DNA from: Oscillospiraceae bacterium
GTDB taxonomy: Bacteria; Bacillota; Clostridia; Oscillospirales; Acutalibacteraceae
DNA length: 37,390 nucleotides
Direction: 5' to 3'
Assembly: GCA_022508705.1 (NCBI GenBank)
Contig: JAFLUO010000001.1
Coordinates: 1 to 37,390, forward strand
Shown here one piece after another: positions 18,033-25,517 of this stretch (position 1 is its first letter; every line of letters starts with the position of its first letter). A program made the position numbers and the translations under genes. Under the pieces are notes generated by a model. It was not told the origin of the DNA, ran no database searches, and saw only the letters and a program-made list of their open reading frames with translations.

Positions 18033-19667
18033 TCAGCGTTTGTTTTGATCTGAAATCAAAGTGTCTGCGCCGTAGAGCTTACGAAGAAGCGGTTTTTCGA
18101 TTTTGCCCGTCGGGTTACGGGGAACATCCGCAAAAATAATTTTTCTCGGGCGCTTGTAACGGGGGAGACCGAGGCAGAACTCGTTTATTTCTTCTTCCGT
18201 TGCGCTCATTCCGTCTTTAATTTTAATTATGGCGGCAGCAATTTCACCGAGGCGCTTGTCAGGAAGACCGATAACCGCAACGTCGCTGACTTTATTGCAG
18301 GTGCGGATAAAGTCTTCAATTTGAACGGGATAAAGGTTTTCACCGCCAGTGATAATAACGTCTTTTTTTCTGTCAACAAGATAAATAAATCCGTCTTCGT
18401 CCCTCATTGCCATATCGCCCGTGTAAAGCCAACCGTCTTTAAGGGATTTTGCGGTAGCCTCAGGGTCATTATAGTAGCATTCCATAACGCCGTCACCCTT
18501 AACGCAAAGCTCGCCTACGTTTTGACCAGTAACCTCACAGTCGTTTTCGTCAACGATTTTTACCTGCCAGCCGTAGCCGGGGATTCCGATAGCGCCAACC
18601 TTATGTACGTTTTCAACACCCAGGTGAACAGCGCCGGGGCCAATGGACTCCGAAAGACCGTAGTTTGTGTCATACTGATGATTGGGGAAATATTCAAGCC
18701 AATGCTTAATAAGACTTTGGGGAACGGGCTGTGCGCCGATGTGCATAAGCCGCCAATTTGAAAGGTCATAATCTTCTAACTTAAGTGTTCCGTCGTCAAG
18801 CGCATTTAAAATATCCTGCGCCCACGGAACAAGAAGCCAAACTATTGTGCATTTTTCCTTTGATGCGGCGTCTAAAATAAATTCTGGCTTTGTGCCTTTA
18901 AGCAAAACTGCTTTTGAACAGCTCAGCAGAGAGCCGAACCAGTGCATTTTTGCGCCTGTGTGGTAAAGGGGAGGAATGCAAAGGAAAACGTCATCTCGGC
19001 CTTGTGAATGGTGGTTTTGCTCCACTTTGCATGAATGTATTAACGATTTATGTTTATGCAAAATCGCCTTCGGGAAGCCCGTTGTGCCTGAGGAAAAGTA
19101 AATTGCCGCATAATCGTCTTCCGTCAGCGGAATTTCGGGATTAAGGCTGCTGCAATCAGCACAAAGATTGTGATAATTTTCCGCAAATGAGGGGCAACCG
19201 TCTCCAACGTAAATAAGCAGTCTGTTTTTGCTTATTTCGTCGGCAATTTTTTCAACTCTGCCGATAAATTCAGGGCCGAATACAAGCATATCAGCCTCTG
19301 CCAATTCAACGCAGTATTTTATTTCATCTGATGCATATCTGAAATTCAGCGGAACTGCCATTGCGCCCGTTTTAAGAATACCGAAATAAATAGGGAGCCA
19401 TTCAAGGCAGTTCATCAAAAGAATAGCGACTTTATCGCCTTTGCCAATCCCTAAACCCATTAAGGAATTTGCAAATCTGTTAGCCTTTTCGTTAAATACA
19501 GCCCAAGTAATTTCCGTTCTGTAATATGAACGGCTTGTAGGCTCAACAAGCTCATAATCACGCCAAGTATGGCGGCGGCTGTCCGTAATTTCGGGGTTGA
19601 TTTCGACTAAAGCAGTCTCATTTCCATGTTCACGGCTGTTTTTTTCCAATAAATCAACAATTGTCAT
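18033..19667 (-). CDS. AMP-binding acyl-CoA synthetase (FadD/class-I adenylate-forming family)
   Basis: 544 aa with AMP-binding motifs IYFSSGTTGFPKAILHKH, YGLSES and GWLYTGD, and the C-terminal PRNPTGKIEK. AAGGTGA RBS upstream. Confidence 0.9.
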   Translation of the reverse strand: MTIVDLLEKNSREHGNETALVEINPEITDSRRHTWRDYELVEPTSRSYYRTEITWAVFNEKANRFANSLMGLGIGKGDKVAILLMNCLEWLPIYFGILKTGAMAVPLNFRYASDEIKYCVELAEADMLVFGPEFIGRVEKIADEISKNRLLIYVGDGCPSFAENYHNLCADCSSLNPEIPLTEDDYAAIYFSSGTTGFPKAILHKHKSLIHSCKVEQNHHSQGRDDVFLCIPPLYHTGAKMHWFGSLLSCSKAVLLKGTKPEFILDAASKEKCTIVWLLVPWAQDILNALDDGTLKLEDYDLSNWRLMHIGAQPVPQSLIKHWLEYFPNHQYDTNYGLSESIGPGAVHLGVENVHKVGAIGIPGYGWQVKIVDENDCEVTGQNVGELCVKGDGVMECYYNDPEATAKSLKDGWLYTGDMAMRDEDGFIYLVDRKKDVIITGGENLYPVQIEDFIRTCNKVSDVAVIGLPDKRLGEIAAAIIKIKDGMSATEEEINEFCLGLPRYKRPRKIIFADVPRNPTGKIEKPLLRKLYGADTLISDQNKR

Positions 19668-19774
19668 ATTTTCACCTTTTATTTTAAAGAATTTAGTGTT
19701 ACAATTAAACTATTGAATTGCATAGAGCAATAAATCAAAAGAAAGGAAAGCTCAGCAAAAGCTAAACGATTATT

Positions 19775-20575
19775 ATGATAATTGATTTTCATACACATAC
19801 ATTTCCCGACAAAATAGCCCCACAGACTATAAAGTTTTTATCGGAAAAAGCTAACTCAAAACCTTTTAGAGAGGGAACTCTTTCTTCCCTTAAAGAATCT
19901 ATGCAAAAATGCGGTATTGATTATTCCGTGGTTTTGCCCGTTGCCACATCTCCCAAACAAGTGGAGTCAATAAACAGACTGAGCTTTGACGAAAACGGCA
20001 AAGACGGTGTGATTTTTGCAGGGGCAATTCACCCGAACTGTGAAAATGTTGAAGAAATTCTTGATTCCGTTAAATCTCACGGACTGTTCGGTATAAAAAT
20101 TCATCCTGATTATCAGGGAGTTTATTTCGATGATGAAAGATATATCCGCATAATGCGTGAAGCCGCAAAGCGTGATTTAATAACCGTAACCCATGCAGGT
20201 GTAGACGTGGGATACCCTGACGACGTTCATTGCACACCGCAAATGGTGTTAAACGTGATTGAAAAGCTTTCGGGGATTATTGACAACAAACTTGTCCTCG
20301 CTCACATGGGCGGTTGTGATTTGCCAGATGAAGTGCTCGAAAAGCTTGTAGGAAAGCCCGTGTATTTTGATACATCTTTCGTGCTTGACCGCTACACCGA
20401 CAAGTGCAGAGAAATAATCTTAAAACACGGATTTGACAAAATACTTTTTGCAACCGATTCACCTTGGAGCGACGTCAAAAGGTTTGTTGAGATTTTGCAA
20501 GGCTACGGCTTTGCAAAAGAAGAAAGCGAAATGATATTCTATAAGAACGCCGAAAGGCTGTTAAAAGCCTTATAA
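19775..20575 (+). CDS. Metal-dependent amidohydrolase-family (TIM-barrel) protein
   Basis: 266 aa. The N-terminus MIIDFHTHTFPDK carries the HxH metal-ligand motif, with later HAG and FATDSPW segments. The RBS is weak. Confidence 0.75.
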   Translation: MIIDFHTHTFPDKIAPQTIKFLSEKANSKPFREGTLSSLKESMQKCGIDYSVVLPVATSPKQVESINRLSFDENGKDGVIFAGAIHPNCENVEEILDSVKSHGLFGIKIHPDYQGVYFDDERYIRIMREAAKRDLITVTHAGVDVGYPDDVHCTPQMVLNVIEKLSGIIDNKLVLAHMGGCDLPDEVLEKLVGKPVYFDTSFVLDRYTDKCREIILKHGFDKILFATDSPWSDVKRFVEILQGYGFAKEESEMIFYKNAERLLKAL

Positions 20576-20649
20576 ACCCTATAAAAATATATAAAATAAT
20601 GCTATCATTTTGAGGTGCAAAAGTCAATAATTTCGACCTTTTTCTCAAG

Positions 20650-20678
20650 TAGAAATTACGCCTTTAAAATAGTATAAT
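20650..20678 (+). promoter_or_regulatory. Candidate promoter in the long intergenic region upstream of the sigma-factor cassette
   Basis: TAGAAA (20650-20655), a 17-nt spacer, then a perfect TATAAT (20673-20678). Consensus match only. Confidence 0.35.
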
Positions 20679-20708
20679 ATAAACAAAAAAATTTAATAAA
20701 AATCAAGA

Positions 20709-20747
20709 GAGCCGTCTGTTTAAAGCAGACGGCTCCCTTTGCATTTT
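20709..20747 (+). terminator. Terminator-like hairpin. It is either the amidohydrolase terminator or an attenuator/sRNA end upstream of the sigma gene.
   Basis: A 10-bp GC-rich stem (gagccgtctg and cagacggctc) with a 7-nt loop, followed by cctttgcatttt. It lies about 130 nt after the stop at 20575 and about 30 nt after the candidate -10 box. Confidence 0.45.
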
Positions 20748-20862
20748 ATGTACGTTTTATGATAAAATAAATTGATTAAAAAACGACTGAAAAAATTTTT
20801 TGAAAAATTTATGTCAGTTTTTGCGATTTTGCCGACTACTATACGAAAGGGAGGGAAATCCG

Positions 20863-21411
20863 TTGAACAGCGCTGTAAAAAAACGGGCGGACGAAAAGCT
20901 GAAAGAAGCTTACAGTCTTTGCTATTTGCCTTTAATTAAATATTGCAACGTGCGAATGGGCGATGCGCGAGCTTCGGCGGATGATTGCGTTCAGGAAGCA
21001 TTTTTGGTTTATTACAACCGATTGCTTTCGGGGGAGGAGATTGAAAATCCCAGAGCGTACCTTTACCGCACAACAGACAATTTTGTCAAGCGTGCCGTTG
21101 AGGATTACGGCAAAAGCGCTAAACGCACAGTTCCATTAGAGGAAGCAGGGGAGCTTCAGTCCGAGGACCTGCCTTTCGATACAGAAAACACAGATTATGA
21201 CGCTTTGGCGGAAAAGCTGCTGAATACATTGAGCGAGCAAGATAAACAGTTCTATAAGCTAAAATACATAGAACGACTGCCGCTGTCCGAAATTGCGGAG
21301 CTTTTAGAGATCTCACCGGCAGCCGCCGCGCAGCGAAGTTCAAGACTGCGAAAACATATTAAAGAAAAACTGACAGACTTTATTGACTCTCAAAGTGAAG
21401 GAGGGATTTAA
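20863..21411 (+). CDS. ECF-type (sigma-70 family, regions 2 and 4) RNA polymerase sigma factor
   Basis: Region 2-like DCVQEAFLVYYNRLLSGEEIENPRAYLYRTTDNFVKRA. Region 4-like LSEQDKQFYKLKYIERLPLSEIAELLEISPAAAAQRSSRLRKHI. I place the start at the in-frame TTG at 20863, 7 nt after a strong AAAGGGAGGG RBS. The track start at 20800 is also TTG but has no RBS. Confidence 0.85.
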   Translation: MNSAVKKRADEKLKEAYSLCYLPLIKYCNVRMGDARASADDCVQEAFLVYYNRLLSGEEIENPRAYLYRTTDNFVKRAVEDYGKSAKRTVPLEEAGELQSEDLPFDTENTDYDALAEKLLNTLSEQDKQFYKLKYIERLPLSEIAELLEISPAAAAQRSSRLRKHIKEKLTDFIDSQSEGGI

Positions 21412-22506
21412 ATGGAAAGACTTATGCTTAATTCGTCAATACTCAGGCAGATTTTAAACGACCGTGAAGCTGCTTGTGAGCTTCGTGAGTTTTTGAATTC
21501 AGTAATTGATGATGAACTGAACAACGCTGAAAACATGGACTGCGACTTAATAGACGAATGTATAAACGCATTGGAAGAGCTTGATTTTGAAGATTCTTTT
21601 GAAAAACCGCATTTAGCAGCTATTATGTCCGAAGAAAAATTTGTAAAGAAAATTCAGTCAAAATCAAAGTTGCAGGCAGACAAATACAAAAAACTTATTG
21701 CAATTTGCGCTTCGGCGGCAATACTTTTGGCGGTGGGCTCGGTTAAAACCGAATCAGGTCAAACCGTAGTAAAAACCATAACGAACAAAATAGCCGCTGT
21801 TTTCAATATTGAAAGCGCTGACCCAAAACCCGAAGAAAGCACTACTGCCGAGCCTAAAACAGAACCGACAACAGCCGAACCTACAACAACAGAACCGATT
21901 ACTGAAACAACAGAATCAGAATCGGAGTCTGAAACAGAGGTCAAGGTAATACCTGCACGCAAACCACCTGAACCGACTACTAGAAGACCCGAAAATCCTG
22001 TCACGCTTCAGGAAATCCAAGGAACGCTTTCCAAAAAGGCAAAGACGGATTACATCTTGGGCGAAGAGCTTGATTTAAGCGGAGTACAAATAACTGCCCT
22101 TTACAGTGACGGCAGTAAAAAGCAAATACCACTTGACGAGTGCAAAATATCCGTTTCGGAAAAATTCTCAAAGTCGGTAGGACGGTATAAAGTAACGGTA
22201 AGCTATCAGGGCAAGTCTTTCTCTTATGACGTTGCGGTATATGCTGAAAAGTCCAGCGCAATTCTCAATTCAATTTACGGTACTTTCCCCGAAGGGTATG
22301 ATTTTAAAGTAGAATCCTTTGATGATCTTGATTTCTCGGATATGACCGTTATTGCGGTTTATTCTGACGGTACTGAAACGGTTATCCCGTTAAATGAATG
22401 TGAAATAACCGTTGAAACGAATTTTATGGAGCTTGAAGACAAAGCTTTGGTAACCGTAACTTATGAAGAACGCTCATTCTCATTTGTTTTGACGAAGGAG
22501 GAATAA
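21412..22506 (+). CDS. Single-pass membrane protein, putative anti-sigma factor, with an extracellular Thr/Glu/Pro linker and two Big_3-like Ig domains
   Basis: The ATG immediately follows the sigma stop codon (TAAATG). It has an acidic cytoplasmic N-terminus of about 95 aa and a TM helix (LIAICASAAILLAVGSV). The linker reads TTAEPKTEPTTAEPTTTEPITETTESESESE. Two repeats follow (YILGEELDLSGVQITALYSDGSKKQIPLDECKISV...YKVTVSYQGKSFSYDVAVY and DFSDMTVIAVYSDGTETVIPLNECEITV...VTVTYEERSFSFVL). The anti-sigma role is inferred from position and topology only. No HxxxCxxC zinc motif is present. Confidence 0.6.
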   Translation: MERLMLNSSILRQILNDREAACELREFLNSVIDDELNNAENMDCDLIDECINALEELDFEDSFEKPHLAAIMSEEKFVKKIQSKSKLQADKYKKLIAICASAAILLAVGSVKTESGQTVVKTITNKIAAVFNIESADPKPEESTTAEPKTEPTTAEPTTTEPITETTESESESETEVKVIPARKPPEPTTRRPENPVTLQEIQGTLSKKAKTDYILGEELDLSGVQITALYSDGSKKQIPLDECKISVSEKFSKSVGRYKVTVSYQGKSFSYDVAVYAEKSSAILNSIYGTFPEGYDFKVESFDDLDFSDMTVIAVYSDGTETVIPLNECEITVETNFMELEDKALVTVTYEERSFSFVLTKEE

Positions 22507-22510
22507 CGAA

Positions 22511-24724
22511 ATGAAAAAATCTAATTTAATTAAAAGAATCTTTGCAATACTTTTAAGTGCCGTGCTCTTATTGTCTGCACTGCCGGTAATGTCTTTTGCC
22601 GAGGAGTCATATACATTAACATTTAATGAAGTCGGCGATGAAGTAACTGTTACGTTCTGCAAAGGTAGAGCGAAGGAAATTGTTGTGCCGGAAACATATA
22701 ACGGCAAGCCGGTAACAACTATCGGTGACGGTGCATTTGCTTATTTGTTTAATAAAGGTGACGAAGTTGAACCATACTGTCACAAAGTAATACTTCCAAA
22801 GACAATTAAAAAAATAGGTTTTCTTGCTTTTGGTGACAGTACTCTTTCTGAAATTAACATAAATGAGCTTGAAAATCTTGAATATATCGGTGCTTATGCG
22901 TTTATGGGAACGTATTTATCAGGTGACATTGTGCTCCCAGAAAGCGTAACTTACGTTGGCGCGTCCGCATTTACGGCAACGAAGATAACTTCTCTGCACT
23001 TAGGAAGAAATGTAAATGTTCCTCAGGCGGAACAGTCAAGTAGTGCTGTCGAATGTATATTTAAAAGAATAGTTTCATTCGGTAATGTATTTGGTACAAA
23101 AATGGAAACTACAAGCTCTGAAAAAAGCATAGCGCTCGCTTGTTCCGATTTAACAAAAGTAACGGTTGACTCCAGAAATCCTTATTACCGTTCGGTAAAC
23201 GGTGTGCTTTACAGTAAGGATATGACAAAGCTTTATACTTATCCCTCGGGAAAAACAGGCAGTATATATGTTATGCCCGTAACGGTTGATGCTTTCTATA
23301 ATGCTCTCGGTGGATTTTATCTTAATCCAGTAAAAGTATTTGGTATAACAGTTGACCTGATGGACAGAAGTTCAAGTGGTTTTGCAGGTTTAGGATCAAA
23401 AAATGACGGAGACGATATGTCAGATTTGAGGTTTGCAAGCGATCTAAAAACCGTTGTAATTTCCGACAGAGTTTCTGAAATCGTTGACATTGCATTTTAC
23501 AATACGGGAATTGAAAGCGTATTTATTCCCAAAAGCGTAACAAAGATAGGGCAAAAGGCATTCTGGCACTGCACAGACCTTACAACCGTGGGCTTTGATC
23601 GCAATTCTTCCTTTAAAACTCTTCCCAAAGAGTGCTTTAAAGACTGCACAAGCTTAAAGAATGTTACTTTCGGTCGTATTGAATTTCTTGATTCTCTTGT
23701 ATTCAACAACTGCTCGGCGCTGGAGCGAGTAGACCTTACAAATGTTTTGGCGATAGACAGCACCGCATTTGATGACTGCACAAATCTTACTGATATTGTA
23801 TATCAGAATACAGACTCAGATGAGAAGGCAACAGTTTCCAAACAGGCGTTTTATAATCACGATTCACTTGAAACGGTAATGCTTGGCAACTCCGTTGAAA
23901 AAATTGAGGCTAAAGCCTTTGCAAACTGCAAAAACCTTACAGCCGCTTACATTTCAGACGAAATTGAAGATATAAGCGACACCGCATTTGACGGCTGTGA
24001 TAATCTTACAATCTACTGCCCGTCTGAAGAGTGCTATGCGTACTCTTATGCAGTTGCAAACAACATAGCCGTAACCACCTTGCAGGTAATGCCTATTCCA
24101 AACCAAACCTATACGGGCGAGAGCATTGAGCCTGAGCTTACGGTTAAATCCAGCAACCAAGTATTAAAGAACGGTAACGATTACAGCGTTTATTTCAAAG
24201 ATAATATTGACGCAGGTCTTGCAACTGCAACGGTTATGGGCGAAGGCAAATACAGTATGTTCGCATCCGTTTGCAAATTCGCAATCGTTCAGCGTGACAT
24301 TAACGACGGCGTTGAGATAAGCGAAATTCCCGACCAGGTATTAAACGGTGAAGCGGTTGAGCCTGAAATCACACTCACTTTCAACGGAAGAATCCTTGAA
24401 GAGAATGTTGATTATATCGTTGAATATATGAACAACACCGAAGCGGGCACTGCTACGGTAGCGGTAATGGGTAAAAACAACTTTGTAGGCGTTTATACCG
24501 CTGAATTTGAAATTACAGAACCCGAAGAAACAACTTCGGGCGATGCAAACGGTGACGGCATAATTGATGCCAGTGACTACGCAATGATTATGAGCTATGT
24601 AATGGGTCAAGGTAAATTGACAGAAGAGCAAAAGGAATTTGCCGACTATAATAAGGACGGCGTGGTAGATGCTTTTGACGCCATAGCTATTGACCTTATT
24701 GTCAATAAAATAATGGCTCCGTAA
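22511..24724 (+). CDS. Secreted BspA-type leucine-rich-repeat protein with two Ig-like modules and a C-terminal type-I dockerin
   Basis: AGGAGG RBS upstream; the gene starts 4 nt after the previous stop codon. Signal peptide MKKSNLIKRIFAILLSAVLLLSALPVMSFA. LRR_5-like repeats (IPKSVTKIGQKAFWHCTDLTTV, LPKECFKDCTSLKNVTF, IDSTAFDDCTNLTDIVY, IEAKAFANCKNLTAAYI). Two modules of the type YTGESIEPELTVK...GNDYSVYFKDNIDAGLATATVMGEGKY. Dockerin loops DANGDGIIDASD and DYNKDGVVDAFD. Confidence 0.9.
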   Translation: MKKSNLIKRIFAILLSAVLLLSALPVMSFAEESYTLTFNEVGDEVTVTFCKGRAKEIVVPETYNGKPVTTIGDGAFAYLFNKGDEVEPYCHKVILPKTIKKIGFLAFGDSTLSEININELENLEYIGAYAFMGTYLSGDIVLPESVTYVGASAFTATKITSLHLGRNVNVPQAEQSSSAVECIFKRIVSFGNVFGTKMETTSSEKSIALACSDLTKVTVDSRNPYYRSVNGVLYSKDMTKLYTYPSGKTGSIYVMPVTVDAFYNALGGFYLNPVKVFGITVDLMDRSSSGFAGLGSKNDGDDMSDLRFASDLKTVVISDRVSEIVDIAFYNTGIESVFIPKSVTKIGQKAFWHCTDLTTVGFDRNSSFKTLPKECFKDCTSLKNVTFGRIEFLDSLVFNNCSALERVDLTNVLAIDSTAFDDCTNLTDIVYQNTDSDEKATVSKQAFYNHDSLETVMLGNSVEKIEAKAFANCKNLTAAYISDEIEDISDTAFDGCDNLTIYCPSEECYAYSYAVANNIAVTTLQVMPIPNQTYTGESIEPELTVKSSNQVLKNGNDYSVYFKDNIDAGLATATVMGEGKYSMFASVCKFAIVQRDINDGVEISEIPDQVLNGEAVEPEITLTFNGRILEENVDYIVEYMNNTEAGTATVAVMGKNNFVGVYTAEFEITEPEETTSGDANGDGIIDASDYAMIMSYVMGQGKLTEEQKEFADYNKDGVVDAFDAIAIDLIVNKIMAP

Positions 24725-24777
24725 CCTTATGCAGAAAAATTTCCTAACTTTTTCATAAATATTCTTCCTAATAAGTA

Positions 24778-24813
24778 GCCCCTCTCAGAGTAATCTGAGA
24801 GGGGCGAAGTTTT
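24778..24813 (+). terminator. Rho-independent terminator of the sigma/LRR cassette
   Basis: An 11-bp GC-rich stem (gcccctctcag and ctgagaggggc) with a 6-nt loop, followed by gaagTTTT. Confidence 0.7.
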
Positions 24814-24818
24814 GGAAT

Positions 24819-24854
24819 AAAAAAGTATGGGACGATGTCCACATCGTCCCATAC
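24819..24854 (-). terminator. Rho-independent terminator of the met cluster (minus strand)
   Basis: A 13-bp stem (gtatgggacgatg and catcgtcccatac) with a 4-nt loop. On the minus strand it is followed by a T6 run (the A6 at 24819-24824). Confidence 0.7.
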
Positions 24855-24863
24855 AGCTTATTC

Positions 24864-25517
24864 TTAATTTTTGATAACCTTCAATAATCTATCCTTCAAA
24901 ATCCTTGTGAAAAACTTTACAACAAATCCCGTAAATACAGCGGTTATGACTGTACCCTCACGGGTGCCGACAATTTTCATATCAAAAAATATCAGGGACA
25001 GTATTATCGAAACGGTAACACAGCTTATGTCAAATACGACCTTTACATTGCCGAATTCACGACCTAATTTATCTGCAATTACCTTTACGATGGCTTCGCC
25101 CGAATTCATGATAACATCTGCAATTACCGAAAGCGAAATGCCGAGTGCTAAAATAACAATTCCTATAAAAAGCATTATAAGCCTTGAAAAATAACTGTTT
25201 ATGGGGAAGAAAGATGCGATCCACAATCCGAAATCGGCGGAATATCCGAACAAAAATGAAAGGGGAATCTGCAAAAGTTGATAAATTTTAAAATCTTTAC
25301 GCAAAATCATTACCTGAGCCAATATCAGCATACAGTTCGTAACAACAAGCCAGGAGCCTATTGATAAAAAATCAAATTTAATGCTTAAAACGTTGGCTAC
25401 AGATGAAATAGGGGAAACTCCAAGTTCACCGCGCTTGGTAAATCCTACGCCCATGCCTATAAAAATCAGTCCGATTATAAACAATATGTATCTTTTAACA
25501 AGTTCCTTTTTATTCAT
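24864..25517 (-). CDS. YczE/YitT-like integral membrane protein of unknown function
   Basis: Polytopic protein whose N-terminus KRYILFIIGLIFIGMGVGFTKRGELGVSPISSVANVLS matches the YczE/YyaS/YitT-type pattern. I place the start at the ATG at 25517, which overlaps the metH 3' end by 8 nt. The track uses an upstream TTG at 25538. Confidence 0.75.
   Translation of the reverse strand: MNKKELVKRYILFIIGLIFIGMGVGFTKRGELGVSPISSVANVLSIKFDFLSIGSWLVVTNCMLILAQVMILRKDFKIYQLLQIPLSFLFGYSADFGLWIASFFPINSYFSRLIMLFIGIVILALGISLSVIADVIMNSGEAIVKVIADKLGREFGNVKVVFDISCVTVSIILSLIFFDMKIVGTREGTVITAVFTGFVVKFFTRILKDRLLKVIKN

Noticed and set aside
18026-18040. Small hairpin (aacgct gtc agcgtt) over the stop codon of the acyl-CoA ligase gene, considered as an internal terminator
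   Set aside because: It has only a 6-bp stem and a 3-nt loop. The T-run on the minus strand starts 7 nt away and merges with the next gene's RBS region. This is too weak to call, and the operon reading is kept.
20800-20862. 5' extensions of track ORFs: sigma 20800, metH 27987, metF 29573, XRE 30633, YczE-like 25538
   Set aside because: The longest-ORF starts have no RBS and/or run into the upstream gene or an operator. Internal starts at 20863, 27936, 29528, 30597 and 25517 have an RBS at proper spacing or classic TAATG coupling. The residual uncertainty is stated in the features.
20811-20939. Small ORF starting at ATG 20811 (about 42 codons) in the sigma-gene leader
   Set aside because: It has no RBS, it is out of frame with the sigma coding region yet overlaps it, and nothing suggests a leader-peptide mechanism.
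21820-21990. Repetitive DNA in the anti-sigma-like gene (acagaaccg / acagccgaacc units), considered as a tandem repeat or CRISPR-like array
   Set aside because: The units are short, imperfect and in frame. They encode a Thr/Glu/Pro-rich extracellular linker, so this is low-complexity coding sequence, not a repeat array.
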